Shown: one piece after another, positions 14,895 through 23,344 of the stretch
How the letters are laid out: each line of letters begins with the position of its first letter
Numbering within the stretch: position 1 is the stretch's first letter
Source: a virus
Taxonomy: Duplodnaviria; Caudoviricetes
Strand: one strand, 5' to 3'
IMG/VR virus record: IMGVR_UViG_3300021446_000188
Coordinates: 1-32,332 of that record
DNA: 32,332 bases
Program-made: the position numbers and the translations under genes
The notes under the pieces: generated by a model
What the model was told of the DNA's origin: nothing
Databases searched by the model: none
Seen by the model: only the letters and a program-made list of their open reading frames with translations

Positions 14895-15707
14895 ATGGCA
14901 TTCGACACCACTGACATCATCGACCAGGAGGCGGTCCGCTCGCAGGTCGAGGCGATCACGCAAGAGGACCTCGTTTTCCGCGAAGCGTTCCGCCAAATCA
15001 CCACCGCAGGCACCGCCAACGACACGATCAAAATCCCCGTCGTCAACGACGAACTCTCCCGCCCGGAGACCATCGAGGAGGGCGGCGAGTACCCCTACGA
15101 CGAGGAGGGCTACAGCACGGTCGCTATCTCCCGCGAGAAGATCGGGCAGATGGTCCCCATCACTGACGAAGCGGAGATGGACAACATCTTCGATGTCGTC
15201 GCCGACATGACCGAGCGGCAGGCTCGCAAGCTCGCCGAAGAACTCGACCGTCGGGCGCACGATGTCCTCTCGTCGAACCTCAACGCCACGACCGCCGGCG
15301 ACAACGGCGACACGCTCGCGTGGACCGAGGTCGTTGAGGGGCGGCGCATCCTCCAAGACGCGGGCTACGACCCCGACCTCCTCATCATCGACCCGAACGG
15401 GTGGGAGGACCTCCTCAACGACTCGGAGTTCAACCGCGCGACCGGCGTCGGCGACCAGATGGCAACCGACGGCGAACTCCCGAGTGTCGCCGGCCTGGAC
15501 GCCGTCGTCTCCAACCACGACGGGACGATCGGCGACCACGACGCCTATCTCGTCGACACCTCGTACTACGGCTACGAGGCCACCTGGCAGGCGGCGGACA
15601 CCGAGACCTTCCGCGAGGAAAAGCACGACACCGAGTTCCTCAAGATCCGGACGTTCCGCGGCTGGACGGCGGTGGACAGCGACGCCGCGGTCCACGTGCA
15701 GGGCTAA
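14895..15707 (+). CDS. Major capsid protein, HK97 fold (270 aa)
   Basis: EGGEYP...KIGQMVPITDEAEMD...ARKLAEELD...PDLLIIDP; GAGGT Shine-Dalgarno-like sequence upstream. Confidence 0.92.
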   Translation: MAFDTTDIIDQEAVRSQVEAITQEDLVFREAFRQITTAGTANDTIKIPVVNDELSRPETIEEGGEYPYDEEGYSTVAISREKIGQMVPITDEAEMDNIFDVVADMTERQARKLAEELDRRAHDVLSSNLNATTAGDNGDTLAWTEVVEGRRILQDAGYDPDLLIIDPNGWEDLLNDSEFNRATGVGDQMATDGELPSVAGLDAVVSNHDGTIGDHDAYLVDTSYYGYEATWQAADTETFREEKHDTEFLKIRTFRGWTAVDSDAAVHVQG

Positions 15708-15713
15708 CTGCGT

Positions 15714-15875
15714 ATGCACACCGAACGGTATCGCCGCCGCGCCGAGGGGCAACGGCTCCGCATGATCCGCTTGCTCGAAGTGCTGGCTGACGAAGACCCC
15801 AAAGAACAGTGTCCCAAGTGCGGCGAGTGGTTCGACAACCTCGCGGCGCACGTCCCCCACTGCGACGGTCCGTAA
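15714..15875 (+). CDS. C2HC zinc-finger microprotein (53 aa)
   Basis: Not in the ORF track; MHTERYRRR...QCPKCGEWFDNLAAHVPHC; fills the MCP-adaptor gap. Confidence 0.75.
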   Translation: MHTERYRRRAEGQRLRMIRLLEVLADEDPKEQCPKCGEWFDNLAAHVPHCDGP

Positions 15876-15878
15876 CCC

Positions 15879-16238
15879 ATGAGCACCGCCTCCCCATCGG
15901 ACGTCCACGGCGTCATCGACACCTCGCTCAGCGACAGCGACATCCAGTCGTATCTCGACGACGCCACGTTCGAGATCGGCCAAGCCGTCGACGAGGACCT
16001 GACCGACGCCCACCGGACGCAACTCGAAAAGTACCTGGCGGCGCTCAAGATCGTCCAGAGCAAGGACCCCGCGCTGAGCGAGATGGGCGTCTCGGGGGGC
16101 CAGTCGCTTGTTTACGATGGCTCGACCGTTGAGTGGCTCCGCGGCGAGGTCCGACAGCGCGACCCGTCGGACACACTCGCGTCGACGGTCGTCCGCGACA
16201 CCGACCGTCACGTCTCGTCGACGGGTGATGGCGGATGA
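15879..16238 (+). CDS. Head-tail adaptor (119 aa)
   Basis: Position after MCP; helical SDSDIQSYLDDA...LEKYLAALKI. Confidence 0.75.
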   Translation: MSTASPSDVHGVIDTSLSDSDIQSYLDDATFEIGQAVDEDLTDAHRTQLEKYLAALKIVQSKDPALSEMGVSGGQSLVYDGSTVEWLRGEVRQRDPSDTLASTVVRDTDRHVSSTGDGG

Positions 16239-16576
16239 GCGGCTGGGGCGCGACACTGACCGGGCTCAGCAGCGTCCTCTCGATGCTGGACAACATCTCG
16301 ATAGAGGTGGGTGACGACGCCGCCTACGTCGTTGGGACAAATGTCAGATATAGCATCTTCGTTGAGATGGGGACTAGCGACATGTCGGCCCAGCCCTATC
16401 TCGGCCCTGCCGCCCGCGAGGTAGAGCGCGAACTCCCTCGCCTTGCACAAGGGGCCGACTCACTCGACGACCTGCTCAGCACGGCCGCGCTGGCGATCGA
16501 GCGTCGCGCTAAGCAGAAGTGCCCGGTCGATTCGGGGACTCTCCGCAGTTCTATCAAAGCCCAGAAGGTGAACTGA
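16235..16576 (+). CDS. HK97 gp10-like tail completion protein, circularly permuted (113 aa)
   Basis: VGTNVRYSIFVEMGT...AQPYLGPA precedes AKQKCPVDSGTLRSSI. Confidence 0.8.
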   Translation: MSGWGATLTGLSSVLSMLDNISIEVGDDAAYVVGTNVRYSIFVEMGTSDMSAQPYLGPAAREVERELPRLAQGADSLDDLLSTAALAIERRAKQKCPVDSGTLRSSIKAQKVN

Positions 16577-16577
16577 G

Positions 16578-16946
16578 ATGCCCTCGCCCCAAGCCCGCGC
16601 GACTCGCCGTAGCATCGACCAGCACGGCGAGAGCGCCACACTGACCAACTACGAGCAGACAGGCGAGGACGACTACGGCGAGCACTGGGCCGAAACCAGC
16701 GACTCGCCGAAAGCCATCCTCGTACTGCCCGGCACGCGCCGCCAGCCGTCGGCCGAGCGCTCCGCCTACGAGGCGGGCGAGGCGGTTGTCGACGCTATCT
16801 ACCTCGCCAAGGACACCGTCACGGGCATCCGCGACGGTGGCGGTGAGGGGGCGTCGGGACTCGCCGTCGACGGACAGGAGTATCTGGTAGTCGACGCGGT
16901 CGACCGCGCTGGCGCAACGCGGCTGTACTGCGTTCGGGAGGACTAA
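16578..16946 (+). CDS. Head-closure protein (122 aa)
   Basis: Neck-module position; beta-rich, DDYGE...VDGQEYLV. Confidence 0.65.
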   Translation: MPSPQARATRRSIDQHGESATLTNYEQTGEDDYGEHWAETSDSPKAILVLPGTRRQPSAERSAYEAGEAVVDAIYLAKDTVTGIRDGGGEGASGLAVDGQEYLVVDAVDRAGATRLYCVRED

Positions 16947-16971
16947 CGAATGGAGGACCGATAGAGAGACT

Positions 16972-17217
16972 ATGAAAGTAGAAATCTCGACGGCAAAGCA
17001 CGGCACTGACCCACGGGCGTACCTCGACAACGCCGAGTGGCAGACCGTGGAGCTTGAAACGTTTTCGGGCGGCACAACTGAGGTTGAGCGCTGTATCGGT
17101 AATATCGAGTCGCTTGAGACGTTCGCCCGCTCCTGCCCGCACGATGTTGTCGTGGGGATCTCGGAGTTCGATGGCGTGGAGTTCGACCTCACTGTGTACA
17201 ACGGCTACTTAGAGTAA
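16972..17217 (+). CDS. Hypothetical protein inserted in the neck module (81 aa)
   Basis: Acidic ORF ending YNGYLE; own GGAGG; less GC-biased codons. Confidence 0.7.
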   Translation: MKVEISTAKHGTDPRAYLDNAEWQTVELETFSGGTTEVERCIGNIESLETFARSCPHDVVVGISEFDGVEFDLTVYNGYLE

Positions 17218-17220
17218 CCC

Positions 17221-17712
17221 ATGCGCGAACCACGCGAACGCCTCGTCGTCGACCTGCTACAGGATGGCTGGGATCCGTCGAACACGTACGGCCAGACACC
17301 CCACATCTCCTTCGGGTGGTTCGACGATTCGAAGGACCGCCCGCAAGTGACCGTTCGGCAGGCTGACGAAGGCCCGGAGTATCCGGGGACGGACCCGTTC
17401 GACGCCGTCGTCCCCGACGGGAGCGGCGACCTACACCAGACCATCACGGGACAGGTCGTAGCGCACTGCTGGGCAGAAGCGCGCAAGCTCGGCAGTGCGT
17501 CGACATCGAACCCGCGCCAGTATCTGGCGGCCGCCAGCGAGGAGATCAACCGCATCATCGGCACCAACCAGATCACACCGACGAACCCGTCGACGGGCAA
17601 CCAACCCGTCGAGTCGCTGGCGGCCGGCGCGGGCAATCCGGTGCCAGAACCCGACCACAGCGCCCGCTTCCACTACCGGAAGCCCATCGCGCACCGCTAC
17701 ACCGATTCCTGA
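17221..17712 (+). CDS. Tail terminator-like protein (163 aa)
   Basis: Position before the tail tube; LL...WD start, PQVTV and VHCW-like motifs. Confidence 0.65.
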   Translation: MREPRERLVVDLLQDGWDPSNTYGQTPHISFGWFDDSKDRPQVTVRQADEGPEYPGTDPFDAVVPDGSGDLHQTITGQVVAHCWAEARKLGSASTSNPRQYLAAASEEINRIIGTNQITPTNPSTGNQPVESLAAGAGNPVPEPDHSARFHYRKPIAHRYTDS

Positions 17713-17897
17713 CGACTGACAACTGACGACCCACACACGATCCCGCGGTAGATACCCGCGGACTCTACTGTTGCGCCGGAGACACACGGCGCATCCGCCG
17801 GCCGATGACCCACGCGGCGAGGCCCCGGCCCTGCCCCCGGCCCAGTTGTGGCCACACGGGCACCACTGACCAGCCGACCGATAGCGACTCGCACACC

Positions 17898-18089
17898 ATG
17901 TGGATCAAATGTCTCACCCCGGAGACGACAGAGCGGATCAAAGTCCCGGGGATGGACGACGCGGTACAGGTCCCCGACTCCGGCGTCCTGCAAGTGGCCG
18001 CCGAAGACGGTGAAGCGCTCCTCGAACACCCTGGCTACATCGAGCACACGTCCGACGACGATAGCGAGGCCGACGAGGACAGCACGTAA
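17898..18089 (+). CDS. Small putative virion protein (63 aa, MWIKCLTPETTERIKVPGMDD...)
   Basis: ATG 17898; acidic; similar to the N-terminus of the 5835-7505 protein. Confidence 0.75.
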   Translation: MWIKCLTPETTERIKVPGMDDAVQVPDSGVLQVAAEDGEALLEHPGYIEHTSDDDSEADEDST

Positions 18090-18108
18090 TCACGCATCCC
18101 ACTGACCA

Positions 18109-19383
18109 ATGTCTGCACCCAGTTACGAGAGCGGGCAACGCCCGCACCGACTTGAGTTCGTTCGCGAAGCAACCATCGGCGTGACGCCCGCCGACCCCGA
18201 GTTCGAGGCGTACAGCGACGCCGCCCGCTCGTTCGAGCCTGCTGTCAACCCCAACATCGCACCGCAGGACGCACTCGGCGAGGCCGACTCGTCGGGGTCG
18301 TACGCCGGCACCGAAGAAAGCGACCTCGCTATCACGTATGGCCTCCAGCGGTGGCTCCTCGACGGCTCGGGCAACGCCGGCGACGCCGCCTACGACGCGT
18401 TCGCCCGCGACGCCGACAACAAACTCCCGCACACCCACACGGTCGTCCGTCGGATGGAACAGGCCGGCCTCGACCCCGACAACACCGTCTCCGGCAACGC
18501 AAGCTACGACACCCGGCAGTACTGGGTCGGGCGTGGCGGCGCTGTCGACAAGGCGGTCATCACCGGCGACCCCAGCGAGGGTGGCCCCGTCCAAGTCAAG
18601 TTGACCTACGGCTTCGAGCGCTTCCGGCCGTTCCAGATCGATCAGCCTGACACGTTGACGCTGCTGGTGGTGTCCTCGTCGAGTGCCAACGACACCACCC
18701 AAACGCTCACCATCGAGGACGAGGGCGGCGCGAACAGCGTGCAGGTGGCACTCGACGGCACTAATCTCGTCTCAACATCCGTGGAGTTCGCCGACATCGA
18801 CGCGCTCGAACTCGACGGCGAAACCGAGGGCACCGTCACCGTCGCGATCAACACCGGCACGGTATCGTCACCCACAGAAGGCGACACACTCGCCGAACTC
18901 GACGGCACCAACAGCCACGACACCGACGACGGCGACCGTGGTGTCCCGGCGCTCGGGGGCGGCTCGCGTGCCGGCCGCGTCGGCACCGGCTACGAACTGC
19001 TGGAAGACGGCGACACGGTCGAACTGCCCGACGGGACGGCCATTGGCGACAACATCGCCGCCATCGAGGTCTCGGTGGCGAACAACATCGTCCGGCAGGC
19101 CCGCGCCAGCACGGCCGGGCCCGCCATCGCCGCCGAGAAGCGCGAGTGCGAGGTCGCGGCCACTGTCTTCGGCGAGACCGAGGAGTTCGGCCACGTCAGG
19201 AACATGGTCACAACCAACCGCATGGACTTCGCGTGGACGTTCTCCGACGGCCCGACAGACACCGGGTCGCTCACAATCGAGCAGGCGAAAGTTCTGGAGG
19301 TCGGCGCGACCGAGGAACCGCACCAGAGCGTCAAGCAGATCGACGTGACCGCTGGACAACAGGAAGGCGTTCAGATCACGTGA
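18109..19383 (+). CDS. Major tail tube protein (424 aa), probably with an inserted beta-sandwich domain
   Basis: LEFVREATIGVTP N-terminus; beta-rich; precedes chaperone and TMP. Confidence 0.8.
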   Translation: MSAPSYESGQRPHRLEFVREATIGVTPADPEFEAYSDAARSFEPAVNPNIAPQDALGEADSSGSYAGTEESDLAITYGLQRWLLDGSGNAGDAAYDAFARDADNKLPHTHTVVRRMEQAGLDPDNTVSGNASYDTRQYWVGRGGAVDKAVITGDPSEGGPVQVKLTYGFERFRPFQIDQPDTLTLLVVSSSSANDTTQTLTIEDEGGANSVQVALDGTNLVSTSVEFADIDALELDGETEGTVTVAINTGTVSSPTEGDTLAELDGTNSHDTDDGDRGVPALGGGSRAGRVGTGYELLEDGDTVELPDGTAIGDNIAAIEVSVANNIVRQARASTAGPAIAAEKRECEVAATVFGETEEFGHVRNMVTTNRMDFAWTFSDGPTDTGSLTIEQAKVLEVGATEEPHQSVKQIDVTAGQQEGVQIT

Positions 19384-19389
19384 TAACTC

Positions 19390-19734
19390 ATGCCTGACTA
19401 CGGTCTTCCAACCCAGCGCGACGCGGAGGGCAACCTCCAGGCTGTCGAGCACACGTTCGAGTTCGACGATCAGGAGGTCGCTATCAAGCTCGTCCCGCCG
19501 ACGTTCACCCAACTCGAAGCATACGAAGACATGGGCGAGAACGTGTCGACGGACGAACTACGCACCATCATCGACGAACATCTCGTCAAGCCCGACCACA
19601 ACCCGGGCGAGATGACGGTCCGCGAAGTGCAGTGCTACGTGCAGGGGATCGTCGACTACAATGCCGACGACTCCGACCTCGCGCAGGCGGCCCAAGAGGA
19701 GCTGGCCGAGCGCGAGTCCGCACCGGGAAACTGA
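19390..19734 (+). CDS. Tail assembly chaperone (lambda gpG equivalent, 114 aa)
   Basis: Lies between tube and TMP; ends ...PGN* on a slippery heptamer. Confidence 0.85.
   Translation: MPDYGLPTQRDAEGNLQAVEHTFEFDDQEVAIKLVPPTFTQLEAYEDMGENVSTDELRTIIDEHLVKPDHNPGEMTVREVQCYVQGIVDYNADDSDLAQAAQEELAERESAPGN
19725..19731 (+). other. Programmed -1 ribosomal frameshift site G GGA AAC
   Basis: X XXY YYZ heptamer immediately before the stop; -1 frame open to 19967. Confidence 0.85.
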
Positions 19735-19967
19735 ACGACACCGAAGCCACGGCCGCGTTCTGGGCGTGGATTCATGACAAAGGCTACAACTTCTTCACCG
19801 CGCCCGGCTTGACGCCCGGCGAGATATCCGTGTTGCAGTTGGGTTGGACCGTCCAGCAAGAACAGCAGCAACGCCACGCCGGCGAGAACCCCGAACGACG
19901 CCAGCAGAAGCAGCAAGCGACGACGAACGCACGCCAGCGCTTCCTCGAAAACCGCGGTCTCAACTGA
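19731..19967 (+). CDS. Frameshift extension of the tail chaperone (gpGT equivalent)
   Basis: -1 frame LNDTEATAAFWAWIHDKGY...LTPGEI...; no own ATG; ends 3 nt before the TMP start. Confidence 0.8.
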   Translation: MNDTEATAAFWAWIHDKGYNFFTAPGLTPGEISVLQLGWTVQQEQQQRHAGENPERRQQKQQATTNARQRFLENRGLN

Positions 19968-19970
19968 ACC

Positions 19971-22900
19971 ATGCCAAGCAATCCATTCAGCGGCGGCGAC
20001 GGTATCGAGGTCCAACTCCAAGGCGATGCTTCGGGGTTGACTGGGGCCGTCGACAACGCCAAGTCCAGCCTATCGGGACTTGATGCGGCTGTCGCTGGCG
20101 CTGGCGCGGCACTTGCCGCACTCGCCGGCGGCGCGCTCGCCAAAGCGACGACCGCGGCCGCGGACTTCGAGACGGCGATGACAGATGTTGAGAAAGTGAC
20201 CAATCCGAAGGTCGCCGAAGAGATGGGCAGCGCTATTCAGGACATGGCAGCCGAGATGCCCATCGCCCAGCAGGAACTCGCTGGCATCGCCGAACAGGCG
20301 GGGCGGCTCGGTGTTGAGTCCGAAAGCCTCGAAGGGTTTACCGAGACGGTGGGGAGGATGGCGTCGGCGACCGACCTCGCGGCACAGGAGGCGGCCGACG
20401 CGTTCGCCCGCATCGGGACACTGATGGACGTGCCGATGGACCAAGCCGAAGCACTCGGGTCGGCGATCAACGAACTCGCAAACAACTTCGGGACCTCCGC
20501 CAGCGAGATTACCGACGCCATGACACGCGCCGGGGCATCGCTCAACAGCCTCGGCCTCGCCGAAGAGGAAGCACTCGGCCTCGCGGCGGCGATGAACGAG
20601 GTCTCGCCGAGCGCTCGCAAGGCCGGGACGGCACTCAGACGGATCTCCGAGGAGTTGATGAAGCCGAAGACAGTGTCGAAGGTCGCTGATGCGCTCGGCA
20701 TGACGGCGGAGGAGTTCAAAACCATGCGAGATGAGGACCCGTCGGCTGTCATCGAGATGCTGGCGAAAGAGATGGCGAAAGGGGGCGAGGCCAGCGAGAA
20801 GTTGCGTGATGCCCTCGGGAAGCAGGCCAGCAGCTTGGAGAAACTCGGCGGCAACTGGGACGCTGTCGAGCAGGCAACCAGCGACGCCGGTACGCAGATG
20901 GAGGAGGCGACGTCGCTGCAAGAGGAGTTCGACGCGCAGACAAGTACGTTCAACGCGCAACTCGACATCCTCCGGAACCGCCTGCAGAACGTCGCCATCA
21001 GCATCGGGCAGGAAATCCTCCCGGCGCTGACGAGCATGTTGGAGACGTTCTCTGCTGGCGTCAAGCAGATCGGCGAGTGGATCAACCAGAGCGAGCATGC
21101 CCAGACGGTTGCACAGGCCCTTGCCGGCGTCCTCGTCAGCGGGCTCGCCGTAGCACTCGCCGGCGCGGCATCGGCGCTCGGTGTGTACTCGACAGCGGCG
21201 ACGGCCGCGGCCGGCGCGACTACGGCACTCGGGACCGCCGTGGCGGTCCTCACCGGGCCACTCGGGCTGGCGCTGGCGGCGGTCGCGGCGCTGGCCGCCG
21301 CTTGGAAGACGGACTTCATGGGGATGCGCGACATCACCCAGCAGGCCGTCCAGCAGATTCGGCAAGCACTCCAGCGGGGCCTCCAACAGGCCCAGCAAGT
21401 CGTTCAGCAGGCGCTCGCGCGGATTCAACAGCTCTGGCAACAGCACGGTCCGCAGGTGATGAGCGCCGTCCAGTCGGCCTATCAGCAGGTCAGACAGGCC
21501 GTGATGACTGCCCTCCAGACGGTCCAGTCAGTCGTGCAGACCGGCCTCGCGTTCGTCAAAACGATCTGGGACCAACACGGCCAGCAGGTGATGGCGACCG
21601 CGCAACGGCTGTGGTCGATGATCCAGACCGCCGTCCAGACGGGGATTGCCCTCGTCAAGCAGTTCGTCCAGCAAGGACTGGCGATCATCGAAGGGCTGTG
21701 GCAGACTCACGGGCAGGCGATCATGACCGAAGTGCAGGAAACGTGGACGGCGATCCGGACAACCATCACGACGTTCTGGAACTGGGTGAAGCCCTACATC
21801 AAGACGGCGATCGGCGCTGTGTTGACGGCGATCACCACGGTGCTGAACCTGATCATGGACGCGTGGGACCGATGGGGCGACGAAATCATGACCGTCGTCC
21901 AGTTTGTGATGGATGCGGTACTCACGACCGCGAAGGTCGCGATGGATGCGGTCCTGACTGCGATCCGAGTCGCGCTGAACCTCATCCAAGGAGACTGGGA
22001 GGAAGCGTGGAACGCGATCAAGGGGTTCTTAGAGCGAACCCTCAACGCGATCGTCTCGTTCGCACAGGAGTGGGGCGGCCGCTTCCTCGACTGGCTCGGG
22101 GGCGTCATCAAGGACGTCATCGGCTGGTTTGAGGATCTGTATCAGGAGTTGATCGGGGGCAGCATCATCCCCGAGATGTTTTCGGATATCCTCACTGCGG
22201 CCCGAGAGTTCGGATCGGATCTCTTGGAATGGCTCGCGGAGATGGTGAGCAGCTTCATCGAGGATGTCCGGCAATGGCTTGATGACGTGCTGTCGGATGT
22301 GACAGAGAAGTTCACCGAGATCAAGGACACCATCGACGAAAAGCTGAACGAGGCCTACGACCGGGCCAAACACTGGCTTGACGAGATGCTGTCGAAGGCC
22401 GAGGAAATTCTCGGGGACCTGTTCGATGCGGTGAAGACGAGCTTCCAAGACATCAAGGACAAAATCGACGAGAAAGCCGAGGAAGCCTACGACCGCCTCG
22501 AACACTGGCTTGACGAGATGTTGTCGACGGCCGAGGAGATCCTGGCGGACCTGTTCGACGCAGTGCAGACGGAGTTTCAGAATATCAAGGACAAAATCGA
22601 CGAGAAAGCCGGGGAGGCCTACGACCGCCTTGAACACTGGCTCGACGAGATGCTGTCGAAGGCTGAGGAAATCCTCAGCGACATCATCACCGCCATTGAG
22701 GAGTGGAGTCTGGTCGAAGATGTCAAGAACAAGGCGAAAAACGCCTACGATGAATTCGTCGAGAAGTTCGACATCGCCGGTGCAGTTGATGACACGATCT
22801 CCGCCGCCGAAAAGACGCTGCGGAGCTTCGATCCGATGAGTCTCATTGACGTGCCCAGTAAAAGCGATGTCGTCCCAGACTGGGCCGGTGGCGGGGGCGG

Positions 22901-23222
22901 CGGGGGCGGCGGTGGGGGCGGTGACTGGGAGATCCCCGACGTCGACATCGGCGCGGCGCATGGCGGTGTGTTCACCGAGCCTCGCGCGACGATGATCGGC
23001 GAAGCCGGCAACGACGAGGCGGTCATCCCGCTGAACGCTCGCGGACGGTCCATCCTTACGAGCGCCATGGAGGCGGCGGGCGCTGGCGGTGAGGGCGGTG
23101 GCACGACCGTCCGGATCGACTCGGTCGAGACTGGGGCGTCGACGCGCCGCGAAGCCCGCGGCATCGGCGACCAGATCGGCGACGAACTAAAACGCGCGCT
23201 CGATAGCGAGAACCTCCGATAA
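19971..23222 (+). CDS. Tape measure protein (1083 aa)
   Basis: TP901-type core (AADFETAMTDVEKV...AGRLG...LANNFGTSASEI), Trp-periodic helical repeats, C-terminal AHGGVFTEPRATMIGEAG. Confidence 0.95.
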   Translation: MPSNPFSGGDGIEVQLQGDASGLTGAVDNAKSSLSGLDAAVAGAGAALAALAGGALAKATTAAADFETAMTDVEKVTNPKVAEEMGSAIQDMAAEMPIAQQELAGIAEQAGRLGVESESLEGFTETVGRMASATDLAAQEAADAFARIGTLMDVPMDQAEALGSAINELANNFGTSASEITDAMTRAGASLNSLGLAEEEALGLAAAMNEVSPSARKAGTALRRISEELMKPKTVSKVADALGMTAEEFKTMRDEDPSAVIEMLAKEMAKGGEASEKLRDALGKQASSLEKLGGNWDAVEQATSDAGTQMEEATSLQEEFDAQTSTFNAQLDILRNRLQNVAISIGQEILPALTSMLETFSAGVKQIGEWINQSEHAQTVAQALAGVLVSGLAVALAGAASALGVYSTAATAAAGATTALGTAVAVLTGPLGLALAAVAALAAAWKTDFMGMRDITQQAVQQIRQALQRGLQQAQQVVQQALARIQQLWQQHGPQVMSAVQSAYQQVRQAVMTALQTVQSVVQTGLAFVKTIWDQHGQQVMATAQRLWSMIQTAVQTGIALVKQFVQQGLAIIEGLWQTHGQAIMTEVQETWTAIRTTITTFWNWVKPYIKTAIGAVLTAITTVLNLIMDAWDRWGDEIMTVVQFVMDAVLTTAKVAMDAVLTAIRVALNLIQGDWEEAWNAIKGFLERTLNAIVSFAQEWGGRFLDWLGGVIKDVIGWFEDLYQELIGGSIIPEMFSDILTAAREFGSDLLEWLAEMVSSFIEDVRQWLDDVLSDVTEKFTEIKDTIDEKLNEAYDRAKHWLDEMLSKAEEILGDLFDAVKTSFQDIKDKIDEKAEEAYDRLEHWLDEMLSTAEEILADLFDAVQTEFQNIKDKIDEKAGEAYDRLEHWLDEMLSKAEEILSDIITAIEEWSLVEDVKNKAKNAYDEFVEKFDIAGAVDDTISAAEKTLRSFDPMSLIDVPSKSDVVPDWAGGGGGGGGGGGGDWEIPDVDIGAAHGGVFTEPRATMIGEAGNDEAVIPLNARGRSILTSAMEAAGAGGEGGGTTVRIDSVETGASTRREARGIGDQIGDELKRALDSENLR
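22335..22700 (+). repeat. About 2.7 copies of a 132-bp (44-aa) tandem repeat inside TMP
   Basis: DEK..EAYDR..HWLDEMLS.AEEIL units start at 22335, 22467 and 22599. Confidence 0.9.
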
Positions 23223-23344
23223 AGAACTACAGATACATCCGAAGCTTGTCTTATCGTGGGTTAGAGCGGCTGAGTAGAAGCCATCGGCCGATGACGCGGT
23301 GCGCCGCCGAGGACCGATGGCCCAACCGTTTTCGGAGGTGACCA

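Noticed and set aside
9434-16256. Long antisense ORFs (9434-10834, 10838-12349, 14535-16256; also 20070-21446 and 30899-32047)
   Set aside because: Shadow frames of GC-rich acidic genes; V/L/R-rich, no motifs, fully overlapping well-supported genes
22887-22922. G-rich run as a G-quadruplex element
   Set aside because: Fully explained by 12 glycine codons in the TMP linker
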